From Polyangia bacterium (GTDB lineage Bacteria; Myxococcota_A; Polyangia; Fen-1088), in the NCBI GenBank assembly GCA_038325725.1, contig JBBQJG010000001.1, positions 1-61,149 of the forward strand: 61,149 bases of DNA, read 5' to 3'. The notes under the pieces are model-generated. The model had not been told where the DNA came from. It was given only the letters and a program-made list of their open reading frames with translations, and searched no databases. Position numbers and translations under genes: made by a program. Shown here in pieces: positions 26,911-36,197 of this stretch; within the stretch, counting starts at the first letter, position 1, and the number at the start of each line of letters is the position of its first letter.

Positions 26911-28505
26911 GCGCGCCAGGAGTCCACAGGGGCAAGGCGCTCGTCGGCGTCGTGCTGGCGGGTTTCGCCGCCGCGCAGGGCGGGAGCTGCAGCTCGACGA
27001 AGGACTCGCTCATCGTCGTCGCCGTCATGGCGAGCCCCGCCGACCAGTCGCTCGATTCGCTCCTCGTCGAGGTCGACAGCGTCCAGAAGTCCTTCCCGAT
27101 CACCGGCCTCTCGGACACCACCGCCTTCAAGGTCGGCGTCTACGTGCCGGGCTCGCTCACGGGAACGAAGCTCGTCGTCGCGACCGCGCGGCAGACCGGC
27201 AAGAAGTCCTGCTACGTCGCGACCGGGAACGTCAAGCTGCCTGGCACTGATGGGCCGGTCTCCGTGCCGCTGACGCTCACGATGTCGCTCGACTGCACGG
27301 GCGGCGGCTCGGCCGGCGCGACCGGCACCGCCGGTACGACCGGCACCGCTGGAATCACGGGCAGCGGAGGTACCGGAGGTGCGGCCGCCATGGCGGGTAC
27401 GACCGGCACCGCCGGTACGACCGGCACCGCCGGCACGACCGGCACCGCCGGCACGACCGGCACCGCCGGCGCGACCGGCACCGCCGGCACGACCGGCACC
27501 GCCGGCACGACCGGCACCGCCGGCGCGACCGGCACGATCCCGACGCTCACGAAGTGCGTCGACTACCACCACTCGACGCTGGCCTGTAACGCCCCCACCG
27601 ACCCGGGGAACATCTCGCTGTGGTCGGTCGCGTGGTCTCCCAATGGCAACACGATCGCGACCGCGGGCGACAACGGCGGCGTCCAGATCTGGAAGATGAC
27701 CGGCAAGGTGCCGACGGCCGATCGCCTCCTGCCGAGCACAGGCACGACCTTCCTGGCGTTTTCGCCCGACGGCGCGCTGTTCGTCGCCGGAGCCAACTCG
27801 GGCGAGGTCACGCTCTACAACACGGCGACGTGGACCGTTCGACAGAGCCTGACGGGCCTCTTGAACGACGTGTACGGCGTCGGGTTCTCTCCCGACAGCA
27901 AGCAGGTCGTCGTGGGCGATGGAGATCCGACCTTGGGCGACGGCAAGCTGGCCATCTTCTCGATCGACGCGGCCGCCGCTCAGCACACCTTCACGCTCGA
28001 CCTCCCGACGTGGTCGTTCGGCGTGGTCCCGACGGGCAACGCGAGCGACTACTGGCTCGGCATCGGCTACGACGACGGCACCGCCGAGTTCGACGAGGTC
28101 ACGCCCGCGAAGGTCAACTACACGAGCTTCACGGGCGACTCCTCGTCGGTGTGGGCGTTCGTCTTTTCGCCCAAGGGCGGTCTCGCGGCCACGGGCGGGA
28201 CGGACGGCATCACGAAGTTCTGGGCCGTCCCTCCCGCGGCGACACCCGCGACGACCGGCGCGAACATCACGACGGCTTTGGAGGTGAACACGCTGGCGTT
28301 CTCTCCCTCCGGCAACCACATCGCGATCGGCAGCAGCCGCACCGTCGTCGGCGCGCGCCTCTCGATCTGGGACACGGCGACCCGCGCGATGCGCGCCACG
28401 GGGACGCTCACCTACCCTCCGACCGCCCTCGCGTGGTCGCCCTCGGGGTCGATGGTCCTCATCGGCGAATTCGACTGCGGCACGTTCGCGATCTGCGCCG
28501 ACTGA
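26907..28505 (+). CDS. WD40-repeat beta-propeller lipoprotein with a GTAG tether
   Basis: The ATG overlaps the upstream stop (ATGA). Lipobox-like AAQGGS/CSS. (TTGTAG)n linker. WD-like blades: WSVAWSPNGNTIATAGDNGGVQIWKM, FLAFSPDGALFVAG, VYGVGFSPDSKQVVVGD, VWAFVFSPKGGLAATGGTDGITKFW, LAFSPSGNHIAIGS, LAWSPSGSMVLIGE. Confidence 0.8.
   Translation: MSAPGVHRGKALVGVVLAGFAAAQGGSCSSTKDSLIVVAVMASPADQSLDSLLVEVDSVQKSFPITGLSDTTAFKVGVYVPGSLTGTKLVVATARQTGKKSCYVATGNVKLPGTDGPVSVPLTLTMSLDCTGGGSAGATGTAGTTGTAGITGSGGTGGAAAMAGTTGTAGTTGTAGTTGTAGTTGTAGATGTAGTTGTAGTTGTAGATGTIPTLTKCVDYHHSTLACNAPTDPGNISLWSVAWSPNGNTIATAGDNGGVQIWKMTGKVPTADRLLPSTGTTFLAFSPDGALFVAGANSGEVTLYNTATWTVRQSLTGLLNDVYGVGFSPDSKQVVVGDGDPTLGDGKLAIFSIDAAAAQHTFTLDLPTWSFGVVPTGNASDYWLGIGYDDGTAEFDEVTPAKVNYTSFTGDSSSVWAFVFSPKGGLAATGGTDGITKFWAVPPAATPATTGANITTALEVNTLAFSPSGNHIAIGSSRTVVGARLSIWDTATRAMRATGTLTYPPTALAWSPSGSMVLIGEFDCGTFAICAD
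27310..27535. repeat. 18-bp tandem repeat (acgaccggcaccgccggc) encoding (TTGTAG)n
   Basis: At least 8 near-perfect units were read directly. The opposite-strand PAVPV ORF is a shadow. Confidence 0.85.
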
Positions 28506-28545
28506 GCGCCGCCCACGGCGCCGCGCGCGCTGATACAGTCGGCGC

Positions 28546-30801
28546 ATGGTTCGCAAGAACGATGCGCTCGACTATCACCGCCTAGGACGACCGGGAAAGC
28601 TCGAGGTCGTCCCGACGAAGCCGCTCGTGACGCAGCGGGATCTGTCCCTCGCGTACTCGCCCGGCGTCGCCGAGCCGTGCCTCGAGATCGCCGAGAACCC
28701 AGAGAGGGCCTGGGAGTACACGGCGCGCGGCAACCTCGTCGCCGTCGCCACGAACGGCACGGCCGTGCTGGGCCTCGGCAACATCGGCGCGCTCGCGGGC
28801 AAGCCCGTCATGGAAGGCAAGGCCTGCCTCTTCAAGAAGTTCGCCGACATCGACGTCTTCGATCTCGAGATCAACGCCAAGGACTCGGCGACGTTCATCG
28901 AGACGATCGCCTCGCTCGAACCGACGTTCGGCGGCATCAACCTCGAGGATCTCAAGGCCCCCGAGTGCTTCGAGATCGAGGCCGCGCTCAAGAAGCGCAT
29001 GCAGATCCCCGTCTTCCACGACGACCAGCACGGCACGGCGATCATCTCGGGCGCGGCGCTCCTCAACGCCGCCGAGCTGTTCGGCAAGGAGCTCGCCGCG
29101 CTGAAGGTCGTCGTCTCGGGCGCGGGCGCCTCGGCGATCGCCTGCGCAAATTTTTACGTCTCGCTCGGCGTCACGCTGGGCAACATCACGATGATCGACT
29201 CGATCGGCGTCATCTATGAAGGCCGCAAGGAGGGCATGAACGTCTACAAGGCGCGCTACGCGCGGGCCGACGACGGCGCTCGCACGCGCGCCGACGCCAT
29301 CCGCGGCGCCGACGTGTTCCTGGGCTTGTCGAAAGCGGGCATGTGCACGGGCGAGATGTTGAAGACGATGGCGAAGAACCCGATCGTCTTCGCGCTCGCG
29401 AACCCCGATCCCGAGATCAGCTACCCCGACGCGAAGGCGGCGCGCCCCGACGCGATCGTCGCGACGGGCCGCTCGGACTTCCCCAACCAGGTCAACAACG
29501 TCCTCGGGTTCCCGTACGTGTTTCGCGGCGCGCTCGACGTGCGTGCCAAGGAGATCAACGAGGCGATGAAGATCGCGGCGGCGCGCTCGCTCGCGGCGCT
29601 CGCGCATGAGCCCGTGCCGGACAGCGTTTCGGAGGCCTATGGCGAGCAATCCTTTCGCTTCGGCCCCGACTACGTCATCCCCAAACCCTTCGACACGCGC
29701 GTGCTGTGGTGGTGCGCGCCCGCCGTCGCGCAGGCCGCGATGGACTCGGGCGCGGCGCGCCTCAAGATCGATCTCGACGAGTACCGCGAACGCCTCCAGC
29801 GGCGCATGGGCGGCGCGCAGCAGACCATCATGCGGCGAATCGTCCAGCGCGCGCAGGCAGCGCCCAAGCGCATCGTCTTCCCCGAGGGCGACAACATCAA
29901 GGTGCTGCGCGCCTGCCAGATCGTCCTCGACGAGGGCATCGCGCGGCCCATCCTCCTCGGGCAGGAGAAGCGCATCCGCCAGCGCGCCGCCGAGCTCGAC
30001 CTCGACCTCGAAGGCGTCACGATCGTTCACCCCGCGGACGCCCCGCGCCACCCCGACTACGTGAAGTCGTTCCTCGAGATGCGCTGCCGCAAAGGCGTCA
30101 CGGAAGAAGGCGCGACGCGCTGGGTGAACCGGCGCATCTACTTCGGCATGATGATGGTCCACCACGGCGACGCCGACGGCATCGTGGCGGGCCTCACGGC
30201 GCCCTACCCCGAGACGATCCGCCCGGCGCTGCAGGTGCTCGGCATTCGCCCGGATGTCCGGCGCGCGACGGGCATGTACATGATGCTGCTCAAGAACGAC
30301 GTGAAGTTCTTCGCCGACGCGACGGTCAACATCGAGCCCGACGCCGAGACCCTCGCCGACACCGCGATCCAGGTCGCCGACGCCGTGAAGGCGTTCGAGA
30401 TCGTGCCGCGCGTCGCGATGATCTCGTTCTCGAACTTCGGCTCGGCGCCCCACCCCGAATCGCAGAAGGTCGCCGCCGCCGTCGAGCTCGTGCGCAAGCG
30501 CCGGCCCGACATCGAGATCGACGGCGAGGTGCAGGCCGACATCGCCGTCGACGCCGGCAAGCTGCGCGAGCTGTTTCCGTTTTCGCGCCTCACCGACGCG
30601 GCGAACGTGCTCGTGTTCCCGTCGCTCGCCGCCGGCAACGCCGCCTACAAGGTCCTCGAGTCCCTCGGCGGCGCGACGGCGATCGGCCCCATCCTCCTAG
30701 GCGTCACGAAGCCCGTGACCGTGCTGCCGCGCGACGCGAACGTCGACACGATCGTGAGCATGACGGCCTACACCGTCTCGCGCGTCGCCGCCGCCACTTA
30801 G
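28546..30801 (+). CDS. maeB: NADP-dependent malic enzyme with a C-terminal phosphotransacetylase-like domain
   Basis: [50 protein letters not shown], plus a PTA-like C-terminal half. 751 aa. Confidence 0.93.
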   Translation: MVRKNDALDYHRLGRPGKLEVVPTKPLVTQRDLSLAYSPGVAEPCLEIAENPERAWEYTARGNLVAVATNGTAVLGLGNIGALAGKPVMEGKACLFKKFADIDVFDLEINAKDSATFIETIASLEPTFGGINLEDLKAPECFEIEAALKKRMQIPVFHDDQHGTAIISGAALLNAAELFGKELAALKVVVSGAGASAIACANFYVSLGVTLGNITMIDSIGVIYEGRKEGMNVYKARYARADDGARTRADAIRGADVFLGLSKAGMCTGEMLKTMAKNPIVFALANPDPEISYPDAKAARPDAIVATGRSDFPNQVNNVLGFPYVFRGALDVRAKEINEAMKIAAARSLAALAHEPVPDSVSEAYGEQSFRFGPDYVIPKPFDTRVLWWCAPAVAQAAMDSGAARLKIDLDEYRERLQRRMGGAQQTIMRRIVQRAQAAPKRIVFPEGDNIKVLRACQIVLDEGIARPILLGQEKRIRQRAAELDLDLEGVTIVHPADAPRHPDYVKSFLEMRCRKGVTEEGATRWVNRRIYFGMMMVHHGDADGIVAGLTAPYPETIRPALQVLGIRPDVRRATGMYMMLLKNDVKFFADATVNIEPDAETLADTAIQVADAVKAFEIVPRVAMISFSNFGSAPHPESQKVAAAVELVRKRRPDIEIDGEVQADIAVDAGKLRELFPFSRLTDAANVLVFPSLAAGNAAYKVLESLGGATAIGPILLGVTKPVTVLPRDANVDTIVSMTAYTVSRVAAAT

Positions 30802-30860
30802 ACGACAAGCAGCGTGGCGACTTGATCCGCGCGCGGCAGTGGGCTCCAATCGCGCCCACG

Positions 30861-32000
30861 ATGCGCGCACGCGACCCGATTCTCGTCTTCGCCTTCGTCT
30901 TCGCGCTCGGGTGCGCGGGTCCGGCGGCCCAGCGCGATCCCTCGACGGCGAGCGCCCCCGCGACGACGAACGCGCCCGCGGACGCGACGAACCGAGCGTT
31001 CGTCTACGTCGGCCTCGCCAGCGGCGGGATCGCGCTCTTTCATCTCGACGCCGAGACCGGCGCGCTGGCGCGCCGTGGAACGGTGCCGGCCGGGCGCGCG
31101 CCCACCTCCCTCTGCCGCTCCGTCGAGCGAGAGGCGCTCATCGCCGTCGACGAGACCTCGGGCCAGGCGGCCTCGTTTTCGATCAACGCGAAAAACGGCG
31201 CGCTGACGTCCGTGGGTCGCGCGTCGATGGGCGGCGCGCTGCCGTCGGGCGCGACGCTCGACGACACGGGCAAGTACCTCATCGCCGCGCTCCCGCGCGC
31301 GGGTCGCGTCTCGGTCGTCGCCATCACGCCCAATGGCGGGCTCGCCCCCATCGACACCTTCGCGGCGGGCGTCGGCGCGCACGCCGTCGCCATTCACCCC
31401 AGCATGCAGGTCGCCTTTGTCTCGAACTTCCGAGCGGGCAGCGTGTCCCAGTACACCTTCAACGTGGGCACGGGCATGCTGACGCCAAAAGCAGGGCCAC
31501 CGCTCGCGCTGCCGACGGGCTCGGGGCCCACGCGCCTCGTCTCTCATCCAAGCGGACACTGGGTGTACTTGCTCGACGAGGGCACCGACTCGATCGCGGT
31601 CCACGCGTTCGACGAAGACGTCAAAGCGCTGTCGCCGATCTCGCTGCAGATCGTGTCGACGCTGCGGCAGGGCGTCGCGCGCGGCAAGAGCCGCCCCGCC
31701 GATCTCGCCGTCTCGCCGACGGGCCGGTTCCTCTACGCCACGAACCGAGGCCCCGACGACGTCGCCGCCTTCGCGATCGAGCCCGGCGGAACCCTCGAGC
31801 TCGTCGGCCGCGAATCGAGCGGGGGCCGCGCGCCCGGCGCGCTCGCCGTCGATCCGAGCGGGCGCATCCTCATCGTCGCCAACGAAGGCGGCAAGAGCCT
31901 CGGCGTCTTCCACATTGATCCGACGACCGGCGCGCTCGGCGGGCGACGCATCGTGCAACTCGACGCGGCGCCGCTCTCGGTGCTCGCGCTTCGACCCTGA
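30861..32000 (+). CDS. lactonase-family 7-bladed beta-propeller lipoprotein (6-phosphogluconolactonase-like)
   Basis: Lipobox FALG/CAG. Repeated blades of the form ...GALT.VG....G..P..AT.D..GKYL..A... The body resembles the YbhE/Pgl-type lactonase family. Confidence 0.75.
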   Translation: MRARDPILVFAFVFALGCAGPAAQRDPSTASAPATTNAPADATNRAFVYVGLASGGIALFHLDAETGALARRGTVPAGRAPTSLCRSVEREALIAVDETSGQAASFSINAKNGALTSVGRASMGGALPSGATLDDTGKYLIAALPRAGRVSVVAITPNGGLAPIDTFAAGVGAHAVAIHPSMQVAFVSNFRAGSVSQYTFNVGTGMLTPKAGPPLALPTGSGPTRLVSHPSGHWVYLLDEGTDSIAVHAFDEDVKALSPISLQIVSTLRQGVARGKSRPADLAVSPTGRFLYATNRGPDDVAAFAIEPGGTLELVGRESSGGRAPGALAVDPSGRILIVANEGGKSLGVFHIDPTTGALGGRRIVQLDAAPLSVLALRP

Positions 32001-32004
32001 GCCG

Positions 32005-32616
32005 CTACTTGAGCAGCTTGTCGGTGTCGAGGGGGCCGGCGCCCGGGCCCTTGCGCGTCGTCGAGCTCGAGAACGAGATCGTCGAGCTGTCGAGCGCGAG
32101 GTAGGCGCGCTTCGCGTCGGCCGGCGCGACGTCGGGCAGCGAGACCTCGAACGTCTGCGCGATCGCGGGCGGCACCTTCGCCAACAGGAACTCGCCCTTG
32201 TGCTCGCCGAAGCGGATCGAGAAGTGCGCGCCCTCGTGGGTGACCGTCGTCGGGTTGATGATCTTCCCGGCGATCTTGACGCCCTTGCCGACGGACATGA
32301 CATCGAGATCGATCACGTAGAAGCCGCCTGTGATGGGCTGCCACCCCGTGCCCGGAAGCTCGATCTCCTGATACACGACGCCCTTCATCTCGCGGCCCAT
32401 GTCGCGCACGGCGCCCTTGAACGCTTCGAGCTTGGGGTCGAACGCCGCCACGCGCCGCTCGAGCGTCTGGCGCGCGTCCTGCTCCTGCCGCAGCAGCGTG
32501 AACGTATACGCGGCGATCGCGGCGCCGCCCGCGGCGAGCACGAACACGAGGAACCCCCACACGGCGCGAAAGAACGAAGACCCCTTGGGGGCCGAGGTCG
32601 ATGGTGGGCCGCTCAT
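32005..32616 (-). CDS. hypothetical membrane-anchored protein
   Basis: Start at MSGPPSTSAPKGSSFFRAVWGFLVFVLAAGGAAIAAYTF (single TM), a coiled region, then a beta-rich C-terminal domain. No family recognised. Confidence 0.55.
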   Translation of the reverse strand: MSGPPSTSAPKGSSFFRAVWGFLVFVLAAGGAAIAAYTFTLLRQEQDARQTLERRVAAFDPKLEAFKGAVRDMGREMKGVVYQEIELPGTGWQPITGGFYVIDLDVMSVGKGVKIAGKIINPTTVTHEGAHFSIRFGEHKGEFLLAKVPPAIAQTFEVSLPDVAPADAKRAYLALDSSTISFSSSTTRKGPGAGPLDTDKLLK

Positions 32617-32699
32617 GCGTCGTTCATACCGCGCGCGAGCGTCGCTGTCTCGCGCCGTCGCGGGACGACCTTCAACACGGGTATCATCGACGGCGGCCG

Positions 32700-34139
32700 A
32701 TGACGCGCGTGCCTGCCCTCCACCGCCCCCTGACCATCGCGGCGCTCGCGCTCGCCCTGAGCGCCGGCTGCGACAAGCCGGTCGTCTTTTCACCGGCCGA
32801 GATCGCCGCGCACCGCATGCTCGCGGGCGCGCCGGCCGGCTTCTTCTTGGGCGTCGCGACGTCGGCGCACCAGATCGAAGGCGGCACGCGCAACGATTGG
32901 ACGGTCTGGGAGACCGGGCGCTATCCCGACGGGCGGCCTCACGTCAAAGACGGCGCGACGACGGCGCGCGCCGCCGATTCGTGGAACCTGTGGCCGCAGG
33001 ACGTCGCGGCGCTCCGACACCTCGGCGCGAACATGTACCGCGTCGGCGTCGAGTGGAGCCGCCTTCAGCCCACCGAGGGCGCGTGGGACGAAGCGGCCGC
33101 CGCGCGCTACCGGGCGCAGTTCACGGCGCTGCGCGACGCGGGCATCACGCCCATGGTGAACCTGTGGCACTTCACGTTTCCGCCGTGGGTCGCCGCGCGC
33201 GGCGGGCTCGAGTGGCCGGGCGCGCCCGCGGCGCTCGCGGCCTTCGCGAGCCGCGCGGGCGCGGCGTTCGGCGCGCAGGTTGACTGGTGGTGCACGCTCA
33301 ACGAGCCCAACGTCTACGTCGCGAAGGGCTATCTCGCGGCGCAGTGGCCACCCGGCGTCGCCGATCCGACGCGCGCCGTGCGCGCCATGGCCGCCCTCGA
33401 GCGCGCACACGGCCTCATGGCGCAGGCCTTGCGCGCCGCCGATCGCGTCGACGCCGACGGTGATGGTCACGCGACGCGCATCGGGATCGCGCACAACGTC
33501 CGCGTCTTCGACCCGCGCTCATGGAGCCCGATCGATCACGTCGTCGCGCGCGCCGCTGAAGATTTCTACAACGAACAGTTCCTCGACGCGGTCGCCACGG
33601 GGCGCGTGCACGCCAAGATCCCGCGCGTCCTCGAGATCGACGAGCCGTTCCCCGCGCTCGCAGGCAGCTTCGATTTCCTCGGCCTGAACTACTACACGCG
33701 CGAGCTCACCGTGGGCCACCTCTTGGGCGGCAAGGTCTACGAGCCGACGACCGCGCCCGGTCGGCCGCGCAACGACATGGGCTGGGAGATCTACCCCGAG
33801 GGCCTCTACCGCCTGCTGAAGCATTTCTCGGCGCGCCCGTGGCCGCTCTTCGTGACGGAAAACGGCGTCGCCGACGCACGCGGCACGCTCCGCCCGGACT
33901 TCCTGCGCGGGCATCTCTACGCGCTCGACCGCGCGCGCGCGGAGGGCGTGAACGTCATCGGGTACCTGCACTGGTCACTCATCGACAACTTCGAGTGGTC
34001 GGAGGGCTACGGCGGCCGCTTCGGCCTGTACACCATCGACTTCGCGAACGACCCCACACTCGCCCGCCGCCCCACCCCCGCCGTCGAGACCTTCCGCGAG
34101 GCCGCGCGGAACCTGGGGACACTCCGCGAAAAACCCTGA
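32700..34139 (+). CDS. GH1-family beta-glucosidase-like lipoprotein
   Basis: Lipobox LSAG/CDK. GVATSAHQIEGG. Acid/base motif TLNEPNVY. Nucleophile motif FVTENGVAD. Also HWSLIDNFEW. Confidence 0.88.
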   Translation: MTRVPALHRPLTIAALALALSAGCDKPVVFSPAEIAAHRMLAGAPAGFFLGVATSAHQIEGGTRNDWTVWETGRYPDGRPHVKDGATTARAADSWNLWPQDVAALRHLGANMYRVGVEWSRLQPTEGAWDEAAAARYRAQFTALRDAGITPMVNLWHFTFPPWVAARGGLEWPGAPAALAAFASRAGAAFGAQVDWWCTLNEPNVYVAKGYLAAQWPPGVADPTRAVRAMAALERAHGLMAQALRAADRVDADGDGHATRIGIAHNVRVFDPRSWSPIDHVVARAAEDFYNEQFLDAVATGRVHAKIPRVLEIDEPFPALAGSFDFLGLNYYTRELTVGHLLGGKVYEPTTAPGRPRNDMGWEIYPEGLYRLLKHFSARPWPLFVTENGVADARGTLRPDFLRGHLYALDRARAEGVNVIGYLHWSLIDNFEWSEGYGGRFGLYTIDFANDPTLARRPTPAVETFREAARNLGTLREKP

Positions 34140-34153
34140 CCCCGCCGGAGCGC

Positions 34154-34780
34154 TCAGACGCCGGGCAGCCCCTCGAAGAAATCGACGACGCCCGTCTCGA
34201 GCGAATACTCGGCGCCCACGATCGTGAGGCGGCCCTCTTGAATGAGCTGCTCGAGGATCTCGGAGCCCTTGCGCAGGTTCGCGACCGAGGCGCGGATGTT
34301 GGCGCGCACGGCTTCGTTGACGACGGCGTCGAAGTCCTGGTGCGGGTTGGCCGTCAGCAGGCCTTCGACCGACGGCCGCACGCGGTCCACGATGGAACGC
34401 AGATTGGGTGACTGATTCTCCGTGGGCCGGCGCAGCTCCTCGAGCGTCGCGAGGATGGCGCCGCAGCGCGAGTGACCGAGCACGACGACGAGCGGCGTGC
34501 CGAACCGCGCGGCAGCGAACTCGACGCTGCCGATGCCCGACGGCGCCACGATGTTGCCCGCGATGCGGATGACGAACAGGTCGCCGAGGCCTTGGTCGAA
34601 GACGATCTCGGCCGGCACGCGGGAGTCCGCGCAGCCGAGGATGATCGCGAACGGCTCTTGGTTGGTCGTGAGCTCTTGTCGACGCTCTTGCGTCAGGAAC
34701 GCCTCGGCGCCCCGCACGTTCAACGTGAAGCGGATGTTTCCTTCTTGGAGACGCTGCAGGGCTTCGGGCGCGGAGATCAT
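34154..34780 (-). CDS. beta-class carbonic anhydrase
   Basis: CADSRVPAEIVFD, GDLFVIRIAGN, VVVLGHSRCGAI. Confidence 0.9.
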   Translation of the reverse strand: MISAPEALQRLQEGNIRFTLNVRGAEAFLTQERRQELTTNQEPFAIILGCADSRVPAEIVFDQGLGDLFVIRIAGNIVAPSGIGSVEFAAARFGTPLVVVLGHSRCGAILATLEELRRPTENQSPNLRSIVDRVRPSVEGLLTANPHQDFDAVVNEAVRANIRASVANLRKGSEILEQLIQEGRLTIVGAEYSLETGVVDFFEGLPGV

Positions 34781-34865
34781 GTGATGGAGCTCGGCTCAAT
34801 CGAGCGAGCCACCCTACCACGAGCCTCGCGCGCCACGACATGCACAAGACACCAGCCCGTGCTAG

Positions 34866-35621
34866 ATGGACCTCATGGCATGGATCGCGAACAACGGTGA
34901 AAACGTCAACGTCGGATCTGGCTTCCGCCCCGCCGGCGCGCGCGGCGTGTCCGCCGACGCGACGCGAAGCTTCCTGACGCGCGTCTTCCAGACGATGGCG
35001 CTCGGCCTCGGCGTCACGGGCCTCGTCGCGGCGCTCGTCGCGTCGAGCCCGGCGGCGATCGCCTTCTTCCTGGGCAACCGGGCCGTCATGATGGTCCTCG
35101 TCCTCGCGCAGCTCGGCATGGTCTTCGGCTTCTCGGCCGTCGTGACGCGCGCGAGCGCGGGCGCCGCGGCCGCGATGTTCTTCGGCTACGCGGCGCTCAT
35201 GGGCATCACGTTCTCGGCGATCTTGCTGAGCTACACGGGCGCCTCGATCGCGAGCACGTTCTTCATCACGGCCGGCGCGTTCGGCGGCGTCGCCGCCTAC
35301 GGCGCCATCACGAAGCGCGATCTGTCCGGCATGGGCAGCTTCCTCATGATGGGCCTCATCGGCCTCGTCATCGCGTCGATCGTGAACATCTTCCTCGGCA
35401 GCCCGGCGATCTACTGGCTCACGACCTTCATGGGCGTGATCGTCTTCACCGGCCTCGCGGCCTACGACACGGCGAAGCTCAAGCAGCTCGCCGCCAACGT
35501 CGACGTCTCGGGCGAGCAGGGACGCAAGCTCGCGCTCCAGGGCGCGCTCATGCTGTACCTCGACTTCATCAACCTGTTCCTCATGCTGCTCAGGATCTTC
35601 GGCAACCGCCGACGAGACTAG
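34866..35621 (+). CDS. Bax inhibitor-1/YccA family membrane protein
   Basis: FLTRVFQTMALGLGVTGLVA, seven hydrophobic segments, and the C-terminal LMLYLDFINLFLMLLRIFG typical of BI-1/YccA. Confidence 0.88.
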   Translation: MDLMAWIANNGENVNVGSGFRPAGARGVSADATRSFLTRVFQTMALGLGVTGLVAALVASSPAAIAFFLGNRAVMMVLVLAQLGMVFGFSAVVTRASAGAAAAMFFGYAALMGITFSAILLSYTGASIASTFFITAGAFGGVAAYGAITKRDLSGMGSFLMMGLIGLVIASIVNIFLGSPAIYWLTTFMGVIVFTGLAAYDTAKLKQLAANVDVSGEQGRKLALQGALMLYLDFINLFLMLLRIFGNRRRD

Positions 35622-35630
35622 CGCGTCGGA

Positions 35631-36152
35631 CTATTCAGGGCGGGTCATGCGCGCGATGCGCTCCGCGTGTGCGGGGAAGCGCGCGGCGAGCTCGGGGCCG
35701 CGCGCGAGCTCGAAGTCGGCGAAGTCGAAACCGGGCGCGACCGTGCAGCCGATGAGGCAATGGCTCACGTCGGGCGCGAGCTCGGCGGCGAACCAGGTGC
35801 CCGCGGGAATCACGATCTGCGGACGCTCGCCTCGAGCGACGTCGTTGCCGAGGCGCGCGACGTGGCCCGGTTCGCCGTCGCGCAGGAGCAGGACGTCGAG
35901 CGGTCCGCCCTCGTAGAGATGAAAGATCTCGTCGGAGCGCAAGCGGTGCAGGTACGTCGACGGCTGCGCGCGCGTCACGAGGAAATAGATCGCCGTGCTC
36001 GCGGCGCGTGGCGCGCCGTGCGGCAACCCCGCGAGCGCGAGCGGCGCGCGATACGTTTCGGCGAAGTACCCACGCTCGGGATGCGGCGCGAGCCCCAGGA
36101 GCCCAATGAGGTCGCGGGCGCGAGCCGGCTCAGAGTCGTCGTTGCTGGACAC
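35631..36152 (-). CDS. cupin (DUF985-type) protein
   Basis: LIGLLGLAPHPERGYFAETYR ... IYFLV ... FHLYEGG ... WFAAE. GTG start. Confidence 0.8.
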   Translation of the reverse strand: MSSNDDSEPARARDLIGLLGLAPHPERGYFAETYRAPLALAGLPHGAPRAASTAIYFLVTRAQPSTYLHRLRSDEIFHLYEGGPLDVLLLRDGEPGHVARLGNDVARGERPQIVIPAGTWFAAELAPDVSHCLIGCTVAPGFDFADFELARGPELAARFPAHAERIARMTRPE

Positions 36153-36164
36153 TGCTCGATGGCC

Positions 36165-36197
36165 GATTGCTGATGAGTTGATTGCCGACCTGATTGC
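36165..36197. repeat. three direct copies of GATTGC(C/T) in the 45-nt gap between the histidine kinase stop and the cupin start
   Basis: ccGATTGCtgatgagttGATTGCcgacctGATTGCcta was read directly. Spacings are 15 and 12 nt. Confidence 0.7.

Noticed and set aside
27212-27550. ORFs encoding (PAVPV)n / PAAPVAPA repeats (also 46152-46544 - and 11473-12174 +)
   Set aside because: They are the reverse complement of the GTAG tether repeats inside well-supported lipoprotein genes, and have no independent start context.
26221-28505. TPR + WD40 pair as a STAND/NACHT-like signalling NTPase system
   Set aside because: Neither protein has a P-loop NTPase domain, and both carry export signals. They contain repeat scaffolds only.
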